Source of the DNA: Candidatus Krumholzibacteriia bacterium
Lineage (GTDB): Bacteria; Krumholzibacteriota; Krumholzibacteriia; WVZY01
NCBI GenBank assembly: GCA_046754105.1
Contig: JBHHVD010000021.1
Location: forward strand, 1 to 40,630
Length of the DNA: 40,630 bases
Direction of reading: 5' to 3'
A program made the position numbers and the translations under genes. Positions within the stretch are counted from its first letter, which is position 1; each line of letters opens with the position of its first letter. The notes beneath the pieces are model-generated. The model ran no database searches and was not told the DNA's origin. It saw nothing but the letters and a program-made list of their open reading frames with translations. Below, piece by piece: positions 17,590-25,746 of this stretch.

Positions 17590-18854
17590 GCCAGGATACT
17601 ACCGTTCAAAAAGAAAACAGCATGGAGCTGCAAAAGGAAATGATCGCCGCTCATTTCAAGCGCTTGTCGGAGGCGAAGAAAAACGGCAAGAAAGTCGTGT
17701 ACACCTTTGTGCCCGGCAACCTCAACGAGCTGATCTGGGCGTTCGACATGCTGCCCGTTCATCCCGAAATCAACGCCCTGCAGTCGGCCATGCGCAAGAA
17801 GAGCAGCCAGTACGTTCTCGAGGCCGAAAAGCACGGTCACTCGGAGGATGTCTGCACCTACGTAAAGTGCGATATCGGCATGATGAAGAAGGGGAACATC
17901 GGGCCCACGGGGGAAAAGCTCCCCGAGCCCGACCTGCTCCTCCTTAGCTACACGGGCTGCTTCACGTTCATGAAGTGGTTCGAGCTCCTCAAACAGGAGT
18001 ATGACTGCCCGGTGGCCATGCTGCACGTGCCATACCAGGGCGACGGCGAAAAGACGCCGGAGATGGTCGAGTACGTAGCCCGGCAGCTCCGGGACGAAGT
18101 AATACCGCTGATGGAGAAGGTGTCGGGAAACAAGTTCGACGAAGAGCGCCTGCGCGGGTTCATGGCGTCGTCGGCCCGGGCCGAGGATGACCTCGTGTGG
18201 GTGTGGGAATCGGCCAAGCACCGGCCGTCGCCGATCGACGCCTACTTCGGCGGCGTCTTCTATATCGGACCCATGTTCTCCGCGTTTCGAGGCCTGGAGG
18301 CGTGCGAGCGCTATTACGAGACCCTGCGCCGCGAAGTCGAAGCGCGCATGGAAGAGAACCAGGGGCCCATCACGCCGGACGGACTGATAAGGGAAGAGAA
18401 ATACCGCCTGGTGGTGGAGGGGCCGCCGAACTGGACCAGCTTCCGCGACTTCTGGAAGATGTTCTACGAAGAGGGGGCGGTCGTCGTGAGTTCCTCCTAC
18501 ACGAAGGTAGGGGGTATCTACGATTCGGGGTTCCGCCACGACCCCGACCGGCCGATCGAGAGCCTTGCCGAGTACTGCTCCGGATGCTACACCAACCTCA
18601 ATCTGCCGACGCGGATCGAGTACCTGGAGAAGGCCATCCACGATTTCGAAGCCGACGGTTTCCTGATCAACTCGATCAAGAGTTGCAATTCGTTTTCCGC
18701 CGGGCAGCTGCTCATCCTGCGCGAGCTGGAAAATCGCACGGGCAAGGCGGGCGGATTCATCGAATCCGATCTCGTCGACCCGCGCTACTTCAGCGCCGCG
18801 AACATCAAGAACCGCCTGGAATCCTATTTCCAGATGATCGACGCCAAACGATAG
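17586..18854 (+). CDS. bcrB: Class I benzoyl-CoA reductase subunit B
   Basis: ATGA overlap with bcrC; TFVPGNLNEL, GHSEDVCTYVKCDIG, SYTGCFTFMKWFE, KSCNSFSAGQ, DLVDPRYFSAANIKNRLESY. Confidence 0.93.
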   Translation: MSQDTTVQKENSMELQKEMIAAHFKRLSEAKKNGKKVVYTFVPGNLNELIWAFDMLPVHPEINALQSAMRKKSSQYVLEAEKHGHSEDVCTYVKCDIGMMKKGNIGPTGEKLPEPDLLLLSYTGCFTFMKWFELLKQEYDCPVAMLHVPYQGDGEKTPEMVEYVARQLRDEVIPLMEKVSGNKFDEERLRGFMASSARAEDDLVWVWESAKHRPSPIDAYFGGVFYIGPMFSAFRGLEACERYYETLRREVEARMEENQGPITPDGLIREEKYRLVVEGPPNWTSFRDFWKMFYEEGAVVVSSSYTKVGGIYDSGFRHDPDRPIESLAEYCSGCYTNLNLPTRIEYLEKAIHDFEADGFLINSIKSCNSFSAGQLLILRELENRTGKAGGFIESDLVDPRYFSAANIKNRLESYFQMIDAKR

Positions 18855-18864
18855 GAGCGAACGG

Positions 18865-20220
18865 ATGGATTGTTACATCGGAATCGACCTCGGTTCGACA
18901 ACGACCAAGGCTGTTTACATGGATACGGACGAGAAGATCCTCGGCAGGGGTATTACGAACAGCCGCGCCAACTACGAACTGGCGTGCGAGATTGCCAGCG
19001 ACGAGGCTGCGATCAACTCCCGGTTCCACCTGCTGCGGCGCAGGATCGGTGAGAAACACGACTCGGGAGATCTGGTCGCCCGGCTCATGGACTGGCTCGG
19101 CTGCAAGTTCAAGCTGGCGCAGCACGTGCAGCAGGTCGAAGCGCTGCAAAAGGTATGTGGCGGGATCGTGGACGAGTGGAGCGACGGTGCGGAGAGCAAG
19201 GCCTACCGGCCGGTACTCGACAAGATATTCGTCCACATGAAGGAACTGGCCGAACCCATGTTCAGGCCCGGTGTCAAAACGAGAAGCGACTTTTTCAGGG
19301 ATATCGCATCGAGCCAGTTTCTCGACAACGCCGAGGCGCTGGCCAAGGAGGGCGCGTTGTCGTTCGACCGTCTGACCGGCGTCTTCGACAAGGCGATTCT
19401 CCTGGTCGAGGGGGAGAGTTTCGCGGCCAGCTACGACACCTATCTCGAGTTCGCGTGCCGGGAGACGCTGAAGGTCGACGGGTTCAACGCCCTGGAGGAA
19501 GATATAAGGAGGGCCACCGAGTATGCGGCAACCCTGGAGTTCAACCCGATCAATACCATCGGTACCGGTTACGGCCGGCAGACGCTGCCGTTCCCCAAAC
19601 ACCAGATCCGCTCGGAGATTCTTTGCCATGGCCTGGGCGCGCACTTCATGTTCCCCAGCACCGCGACGGTTCTGGATATCGGCGGCCAGGATACGAAGGC
19701 CATCCAGGTAGACCCGGCGGGAGTGGTGACGAATTTTCAAATGAACGATCGCTGTGCGGCGGGGTGCGGCCGCTACCTCGGCTATATCGCCGACGAAATG
19801 AACATGGGCGTGCACGAGCTCGGTCCCCTGGCGATGACCGCCCAGCGGACCGTCCGCATCAACTCGACCTGTACTGTTTTCGCCGGTGCCGAGCTGCGCG
19901 AACGGCTTGCGCTCGGGGAGAAGCGCGAGGACATCCTCTCCGGGCTCCACCGCGCGATCGTCATTCGCTCAATGTCGCTGCTCGCGCGAAGCGGCGGTGT
20001 GAAGGACGAGTTCACGTTCACCGGCGGCGTCGCCAAGAACCAGGCTGCGACGGACGCGCTGAAGAAGCTCGTATTCGAGAACTACGGCGAAATGACGATC
20101 AATATAAGCCCGGACAGTATTTACACGGGGGCGCTGGGTGCGGCGCTCTTCGCGCGCCGGGATCAGAGCGGCGACCTGGTGAACGTGGACCTCAAGAAAC
20201 TGAGAAAGAGGGTAAACTGA
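18865..20220 (+). CDS. bcrA: Class I benzoyl-CoA reductase subunit A (ATP-binding activator with a large insertion)
   Basis: GIDLGSTTTKA...GRGITNSR, GTGYGR, SEILCHGLGA, LDIGGQDTK, FQMNDRCAAGCGRYL, NSTCTVFA. Confidence 0.93.
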   Translation: MDCYIGIDLGSTTTKAVYMDTDEKILGRGITNSRANYELACEIASDEAAINSRFHLLRRRIGEKHDSGDLVARLMDWLGCKFKLAQHVQQVEALQKVCGGIVDEWSDGAESKAYRPVLDKIFVHMKELAEPMFRPGVKTRSDFFRDIASSQFLDNAEALAKEGALSFDRLTGVFDKAILLVEGESFAASYDTYLEFACRETLKVDGFNALEEDIRRATEYAATLEFNPINTIGTGYGRQTLPFPKHQIRSEILCHGLGAHFMFPSTATVLDIGGQDTKAIQVDPAGVVTNFQMNDRCAAGCGRYLGYIADEMNMGVHELGPLAMTAQRTVRINSTCTVFAGAELRERLALGEKREDILSGLHRAIVIRSMSLLARSGGVKDEFTFTGGVAKNQAATDALKKLVFENYGEMTINISPDSIYTGALGAALFARRDQSGDLVNVDLKKLRKRVN

Positions 20221-21074
20221 TGTTTTACACCTTGGGAATGGACGTCGGCTGCAGCGCGGTCAAGTCGGTGCTGATGTCTTTCGACGATCAGGGCCGCAAC
20301 GAGGAGCTGCTGGCCAGCCGCCTCGACAAGATCCGCAAGCGCAACCTCAAGGACGTGGTCGTGCAGTCCCGTGAGAGTATTCTCGCGGACCAGAATCTGT
20401 CCAACGAGGACGTGGCCTACGTGGCGACGACCGGCGAAGGCGAGCTGGTGGATTTCAAACGCGGTCATTTTTACTCCATGACCACGCACGCCCGCGGAGC
20501 CCTCTTTCTCGACCCCGAGGCGCGGGCCGTGCTGGACGTGGGCGCGCTGCACGCGAAGGCCATCGTCATGGACGACCGCTCAAAGGTTCTCTCCTACCGC
20601 ATGACGTCACAGTGCGCGTCGGGCACCGGACAGTTTCTCGAGAACATCTCGCGTTACCTGGGCGTGTCCATCGACGAGGTGGGGCCGCTCTCGCTCGAGG
20701 GCGACAGTCCGGAGATCGTATCGGGTATCTGCGCCGTGCTCGCCGAGACCGACGTCATCAACATGGTGAGCCGCGGGATTACCCCAGGCAATATCCTCAA
20801 GGGAATCCACTTGTCGATCGGCAAACGGCTGGTTAACCTGCTGCGTATGGTCAAGGCGGAAGGTCCGATGCTGGTGACGGGTGGTCTGTCGAGGGATATC
20901 GGCCTGCTGGCCGTCGTAGCGGAGCTGGCCGGGAAGGCGTCGCTCGATGTCGACGTCCGCAGCCACGAGCTTTCCGTTTTTGCGGGGGCCATCGGTGCCG
21001 CCGTGTGGGGTGGTTTCCGGCATGTAAAGCTCGCAGGAGACCGCGCGTCGTCGCAGGCGATCCGCAGCGCCTGA
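20220..21074 (+). CDS. bcrD: Class I benzoyl-CoA reductase subunit D
   Basis: TGATG overlap with bcrA; YVATTGEGE, GHFYSMTTHARGA, MTSQCASGTGQFLENI, SGICAVLAETDVINMVSRG. Confidence 0.93.
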   Translation: MFYTLGMDVGCSAVKSVLMSFDDQGRNEELLASRLDKIRKRNLKDVVVQSRESILADQNLSNEDVAYVATTGEGELVDFKRGHFYSMTTHARGALFLDPEARAVLDVGALHAKAIVMDDRSKVLSYRMTSQCASGTGQFLENISRYLGVSIDEVGPLSLEGDSPEIVSGICAVLAETDVINMVSRGITPGNILKGIHLSIGKRLVNLLRMVKAEGPMLVTGGLSRDIGLLAVVAELAGKASLDVDVRSHELSVFAGAIGAAVWGGFRHVKLAGDRASSQAIRSA

Positions 21075-21089
21075 GGGACCGGGAGGGGC

Positions 21090-21845
21090 ATGATCGATCT
21101 CAAAGACAAGACGGCCGTCGTCACCGGGGCCGGGCAGGGAATCGGTGCTGGCATCGCGTCCGCTCTGGCGAAGGCCGGTGCGGCCGTCGCCCTGCTCGAT
21201 GTCGACGGCGGTGCCGTGGAGACTCTGGCCGGCCGCATCGGAACCGGCGGCGCGGAGGTCCGCGCGTGCGCCGCCGACGTCCTCGACAAGGAAGCGCTCT
21301 CGGGACTGGTCGATACGCTGCAGAGCGACTGGGGGCAGATCGACATTCTCGTCAACAACGCCGGCATCATCCGCGATAACCTCATCGAGAACATCGACGA
21401 AGGAGACTGGGACGCCGTTCTCGGCGTGAATCTCAAGGGGGCCTTCCTCTGCTCGCAGGCGGTGGTGCCGCACATGAAGCAGCGCCGGTACGGCAAGATC
21501 GTCAATATCATCTCGCGGTCCTGGCTGGGCAACGTGGGCCAGAGCAACTACGCGGCAAGCAAGGGCGGACTCGTGAGCCTCACCCGTACCCTGGCCCTTG
21601 AGCTGGCCCGGGACGGCATCAACGTCAACGGTGTCTCGCCGGGGATGATCGACACGCCGATGACACGGGCGCTGCCGGCCAGGGTCGTCGATCGGCTCCT
21701 CGCGACCCAGCCAATGGGCACCATGGGGACGGTCGACGATATCGCGGGCGCGGTCTGTTTTCTCGTTTCGGACCGCGCGCGGCTCATCACCGGCCAGATC
21801 CTTCACGTCGACGGCGGTAAGAGCTGTGGGCTGTTGTCTCTCTAG
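21090..21845 (+). CDS. SDR oxidoreductase (FabG/BzdZ-like; candidate 3-hydroxyacyl-CoA dehydrogenase of the lower pathway)
   Basis: TGAGQGIG, NNAG, YAASK; begins 15 nt after the bcrD stop. Confidence 0.85.
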   Translation: MIDLKDKTAVVTGAGQGIGAGIASALAKAGAAVALLDVDGGAVETLAGRIGTGGAEVRACAADVLDKEALSGLVDTLQSDWGQIDILVNNAGIIRDNLIENIDEGDWDAVLGVNLKGAFLCSQAVVPHMKQRRYGKIVNIISRSWLGNVGQSNYAASKGGLVSLTRTLALELARDGINVNGVSPGMIDTPMTRALPARVVDRLLATQPMGTMGTVDDIAGAVCFLVSDRARLITGQILHVDGGKSCGLLSL

Positions 21846-21926
21846 ACCGAATCCAACCTGGACATTTCTCTAACTCTTGTTCTTTCATGCATATATATGA
21901 AGCTCATTTATTTGGACAGATAAGTG

Positions 21927-21955
21927 TTGACACGAATATTGTTGTAACATATATT
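21927..21955 (+). promoter_or_regulatory. Near-consensus sigma70 promoter of marR-pirin-nitroreductase with an overlapping imperfect palindrome (candidate MarR operator)
   Basis: TTGACA-N17-TATATT; the spacer contains TGTT-GT-AACA with AT-rich flanks. Confidence 0.7.
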
Positions 21956-22003
21956 GTGCCCAATCGAGGACATGTATCGGCGATAGGCGGAGCGGGAGGC
22001 GGT

Positions 22004-22459
22004 ATGAGGGAAACGGTGGCACACCGGGCGCAGCAGGCCTTTCTCGACGTGCTGCAGCTCCAGGACCGGCTGCTGGGCGAGGTGTCAGAGCTGTGCAAGG
22101 CGCACGGGATCACGGAGCCGCAGTACAACGTCCTTCGGATCCTGCGGGGTGCGGATGACGGCCTGGCCTGCCAGGGGATCGGGTCGCGGATGCTGCGGCG
22201 GGTGCCAGACGTTACGCGGTTGATCGACCGCCTGCAGACGTCGGGCCTGGTGGAGCGCGATCGCAGCGACGAGGATCGCCGCGTGGTGGTGGTGAGGATC
22301 CGCCAGCAGGGGCTCGACCTGCTGGCCCGGCTCGACCGGCCGGTTGTGGCACTCCACGAACGCCAGTTCGAGCATTTGACGACGAGCGAAGTGCACGAGC
22401 TCAGCCGGTTGCTCACCAAGCTGCGCGAGTCGGCGGAACGGCGGGGAGGCGCGTCATGA
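22004..22459 (+). CDS. MarR-family regulator
   Basis: GITEPQYNVLRILRG, PDVTRLIDRL, DRRVVVVRI; GGGAGG RBS. Confidence 0.9.
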   Translation: MRETVAHRAQQAFLDVLQLQDRLLGEVSELCKAHGITEPQYNVLRILRGADDGLACQGIGSRMLRRVPDVTRLIDRLQTSGLVERDRSDEDRRVVVVRIRQQGLDLLARLDRPVVALHERQFEHLTTSEVHELSRLLTKLRESAERRGGAS

Positions 22460-23157
22460 TCAAACGACGACTGGCGGGCGAGCGTGGTCACGCGAATCAC
22501 GGGTGGCTCGAGACCTTCTATACGTTTTCTTTTGCTGGATACCGCGACGGGAACCACATGGGATTCAGATCGCTCCGTGTCATCAACGATGACACGATCC
22601 AGCCGGGCGGCGGCTTTGGCACCCATCCCCACGCAGACATGGAGATTATCACCTACGTGCTCGACGGCGCGCTCGAGCACAAGGACAGCACGGGGACCGG
22701 CTCGGTTATCGGGAAGGGCGACGTCCAGTACATGAGCGCCGGCACCGGTATCACGCACAGCGAGTTCAACGGATCGGACGAACATCCCCTCCACCTTCTG
22801 CAGATCTGGATCCTCCCGGCCGGCAAGGGCCAGGCGCCGGCCTACGAGCAAAAGGCGTTCCCGGCCTCGCTGAAGCGGGGCCGGTTATGCGCGATCGCCA
22901 CGCCGGACGGACGGGATGGGTCACTCGTGATGCGGCAGGACGCGAGCCTCTACGCCGCGGTTCTCACCGGGGGTGAGGGTGTGAGCTACGCACCGGGCGC
23001 CGGACGCCACGCCTGGGTGCAGGTGGCGCGGGGTGCGATCCGCCTGAACGGACAGGACCTGGCACAGGGGGACGGCGCGGCGGTACGCGACGAGCCCCGT
23101 CTCGAACTCGAGGGCGCCGGCGAGGAGGCAGAAGTACTGCTGTTCGATCTGGCGTAG
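22456..23157 (+). CDS. Pirin family protein (YhhW/quercetinase-like)
   Basis: RGHANHGWL, LRVINDD, GFGTHPHADMEI, MSAGTGITHSEFN, LQIWI; ATGA overlap with marR. Confidence 0.92.
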   Translation: MIKRRLAGERGHANHGWLETFYTFSFAGYRDGNHMGFRSLRVINDDTIQPGGGFGTHPHADMEIITYVLDGALEHKDSTGTGSVIGKGDVQYMSAGTGITHSEFNGSDEHPLHLLQIWILPAGKGQAPAYEQKAFPASLKRGRLCAIATPDGRDGSLVMRQDASLYAAVLTGGEGVSYAPGAGRHAWVQVARGAIRLNGQDLAQGDGAAVRDEPRLELEGAGEEAEVLLFDLA

Positions 23158-23199
23158 ACTACCGCGCCGGCAAGCGGCGCGACATCAAAAGGAGCCGTT

Positions 23200-23802
23200 A
23201 TGTCCAAAAAGGCAGTGACCGATCACCCCGTACACGAGTTGATCGCCAGGCGCTGGAGCCCCTATGGGTTCGCCGATCGGGCGGTATCCCGCGAGGACCT
23301 GCGCTCGCTCTTCGAGGCGGCGCGTTGGGCGGCGTCCTCGTACAACGAACAACCGTGGCGCTACATCGTGGCGACCCGGGAGGACGCGGGCGAATTCGAG
23401 CGGCTGCTCTCCTGCCTGGTGGAAGGGAATCAGGGGTGGGCGGCGGCGGTACCGGCGCTCGCCCTGGGGTGCGCCAATCTGCGCTTCGCGCGTAACGGCA
23501 AGCCCAACGCCGCCGCCGTGCACGACCTGGGGCTGGCGTCGGGGAACTTGAGTCTCGAGGCCACGGCGCGGGGTCTTTTCGTCCACCAGATGATCGGCAT
23601 CCTGCCGGATCGGGCGCGAGAGCTCTACGACATACCCGAGGGGTCGGAACCGGTGACGGCGCTGGCCATCGGCTACGCCGCCGACCCGGAGAGCATCCCG
23701 AACGGACTAAAGGAGCGCGACCAGGCACCTCGCAGCAGGAAGCCGCTCGGTGAGCTCGTATTCGGCGGCAAGTGGGGCGAGACCTCCGATCTCTGCCGCT
23801 AG
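23200..23802 (+). CDS. Nitroreductase family protein
   Basis: RRWSPYGF, FEAARWAASSYNEQPWRY, HDLG, VHQMIG, RSRKPL. Confidence 0.9.
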   Translation: MSKKAVTDHPVHELIARRWSPYGFADRAVSREDLRSLFEAARWAASSYNEQPWRYIVATREDAGEFERLLSCLVEGNQGWAAAVPALALGCANLRFARNGKPNAAAVHDLGLASGNLSLEATARGLFVHQMIGILPDRARELYDIPEGSEPVTALAIGYAADPESIPNGLKERDQAPRSRKPLGELVFGGKWGETSDLCR

Positions 23803-23813
23803 CTCCCGGAGCT

Positions 23814-23850
23814 GCCTGCCGGGCCTGCCGGGCCTGCCGGGCCTGGCAGG
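23814..23850. repeat. 9-bp tandem repeat (GCCTGCCGG x3) ending in an inverted arm
   Basis: Units at 23814, 23823 and 23832, followed by GCCTGGCAGG; GGCAGG can pair with CCTGCC. Confidence 0.75.
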
Positions 23851-23894
23851 GTTGCAGGCACCGGCACGTCGGAAACCCGCGGGCTTCCGACGTT

Positions 23895-24080
23895 CTAGAA
23901 ATCCCGATCCATGACCGTCTTGCGTCCCTCGCTCCTCGCCTTTTCGACGGCGCCGTCGCAGAGACGGCGGATGATATTCGACAACGCCGGGGCGACATTC
24001 CCCGCCGTGTTCATGCCGGCGGAGGATTTGATGTAGTTCTTCAATTTTGACACGACGACCAGAACTTCGTTATCGCTCAC
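23895..24080 (-). CDS. Bacterial histone (single histone fold, Bdellovibrio Bd0055/HBb-like), 61 aa
   Basis: AAGGAGG RBS and GTG start; MSDNEVLVVVSKLKNYIKSSAGMNTAGNVAPALSNIIRRLCDGAVEKARSEGRKTVMDRDF contains EVLVVxSK, MNT and the histone RKTxxxxD motif. Confidence 0.85.
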   Translation of the reverse strand: MSDNEVLVVVSKLKNYIKSSAGMNTAGNVAPALSNIIRRLCDGAVEKARSEGRKTVMDRDF

Positions 24081-24230
24081 GTTCGCTCCCTCCTTGCACA
24101 GGCCTTTGTGGGCGGCTCCAGTAAAGGGATCATTCTGGAGGATGAATATAGGCGCCTTTGCCACGATTTGAAAACAGTATTTTAGCCACCGTCACGCCGC
24201 GTGCCGCGCCTGCGGAGAACATCACATAAA

Positions 24231-24247
24231 CTGTTATAATATAACAG
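24231..24247. promoter_or_regulatory. 17-bp inverted repeat with a core matching the proteobacterial Zur box
   Basis: CTGTTATA-A-TATAACAG between the divergent histone and glycosyltransferase genes. Confidence 0.45.
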
Positions 24248-24456
24248 ATTATATCGACACAGAATCAAACGGTCCCGGACGCCGGAGCGGCGGGTCCGTG
24301 TGCCCCGGCGGTTCTCGCCGCCGGTCCGCCCGCCATCGCCGGCGGCGGACGGCGGCACCGTGTCCACAAATTCGCTTGCACGTTGGTGGTTCGCGTGCCA
24401 CGATGCTCGTTACTCGCATTTCATGCGGATTTTTTCAGTGACACGCCCCGGAACAG

Positions 24457-25623
24457 ATGGACAGAGAACTATCGGTGATTCAATCCGTGCCGGTGTGGCT
24501 CCCCCAGACCGGGACCTGGCTCTATGACGAAGTGCGGTTTCTGCCGCGGGCCGTCGAGAGCCACGTCGTCTGCGAGGTCACGCAACGCCTCGACCAGTTT
24601 CCCTTCGACAACATCCACTGCCTCCGCGACGAGCCGCGGTTGAAATCCCTGTGGGATTTGGGAATGAGAAAGCTCGGCCTGCGAAAGCACCTGCATTTCC
24701 ACGTGGAATGCGCCCGCCGCTACGGCGCGAGGCTGATGCACTCGCACTTCGGCAATACGGGCTGGCAGGATCTGGGCGCCGCCCGCGCGGCCTCCCTGCG
24801 CCACGTCGTCACATTTTACGGCCTGGACGTGAACTACTTTCCCACCGTCGACCCCCGCTGGCGCGGGCGCTACCGCGAGTTATTCCGCCACGTCGACTGC
24901 GTCCTGTGCGAAGGCGAGTTCATGGCGGCCAGCGTCGTGAGTCTCGGCTGCCCCGAGGACAAGGTCCGCGTGCATCACCTGGGGGTCGACGTCGAGGCGA
25001 TCGACTTTCAACCGAGGTCGTGGACGCCCGGGGAGCCGCTACGCGTTTTCATGGCGTCGGTCTTTCGGGAGAAGAAGGGCATACCGTACGGCGTCTCGGC
25101 GCTGGGCCGTTTGCAGCACGAGGTGCCGATCGAAATTACCATCATCGGCGACGCGCACGGCACCATTGGCAGCGATGAAGAGAAGAAGAGGATCCTGGCA
25201 ACGATCGAAGCACATGGGCTCGGCCCGCGAACGCGGCTGCTCGGCTTTGTCCCGTATGAAGCCATGCGCAGGGAAGCGCTCGAGCACCACGTGTTCATGT
25301 CGCCGAGTGTCACCGCCGGTGACGGGGACAGCGAAGGCGGGGTGCCCGTTTCGATCATCGAAATGTGCGCCTCGGGGATGCCGGTAGTGAGCACGCGGCA
25401 CTGCGACATCCCAGGTGTGATACTGGACGGCGAGACGGGGCTGCTGGCCGAAGAGCGCGACCCCGAAGGCCTGCTGCAGGGCCTGCGCTGGCTCGTCGAG
25501 CACGCGGGGGATTGGTCCGGAATGCTCTCCGCCTCCCGCAGGCGCATCGAGAACGAGTTCGACGCCCGCACCCAGGGCGAGCGGCTCGGGGCCATCTACC
25601 AAGAGATCGCCGGCGCGGCATGA
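24457..25623 (+). CDS. GT4 glycosyltransferase (WcaL-like)
   Basis: HSHFG, VTFYGLD, EKKGIPY, PSVTAGDGDSEGGVPVSIIE, HCDIPGVI. Confidence 0.88.
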   Translation: MDRELSVIQSVPVWLPQTGTWLYDEVRFLPRAVESHVVCEVTQRLDQFPFDNIHCLRDEPRLKSLWDLGMRKLGLRKHLHFHVECARRYGARLMHSHFGNTGWQDLGAARAASLRHVVTFYGLDVNYFPTVDPRWRGRYRELFRHVDCVLCEGEFMAASVVSLGCPEDKVRVHHLGVDVEAIDFQPRSWTPGEPLRVFMASVFREKKGIPYGVSALGRLQHEVPIEITIIGDAHGTIGSDEEKKRILATIEAHGLGPRTRLLGFVPYEAMRREALEHHVFMSPSVTAGDGDSEGGVPVSIIEMCASGMPVVSTRHCDIPGVILDGETGLLAEERDPEGLLQGLRWLVEHAGDWSGMLSASRRRIENEFDARTQGERLGAIYQEIAGAA

Positions 25624-25746
25624 GCACGGCACGCGCCCGGTCCGTACGGCGGGTGAAAGAGCCTGTGCTATAGCCGGTTGCGCCTTTTCCCGCTTGCCGT
25701 TAGAATGAGGGCCTGCCGGTACTCCAGGAGAAAGGCGGCCATATCG

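Noticed and set aside
17157..21074. Long N-terminal extensions of bcrB (from 17157) and bcrD (from 19155) suggesting fusions or frameshifts
   Set aside because: The extensions are off-frame overlaps of bcrC and bcrA. The true starts are the coupled ATGA (17586) and TGATG (20220) junctions.
23814..23850. Tandem repeat as a possible CRISPR remnant
   Set aside because: The units are 9 bp with no spacers, and there are no cas genes.
24231..24247. LexA SOS box
   Set aside because: Spacing is CTGT-N9-ACAG rather than the canonical N8.
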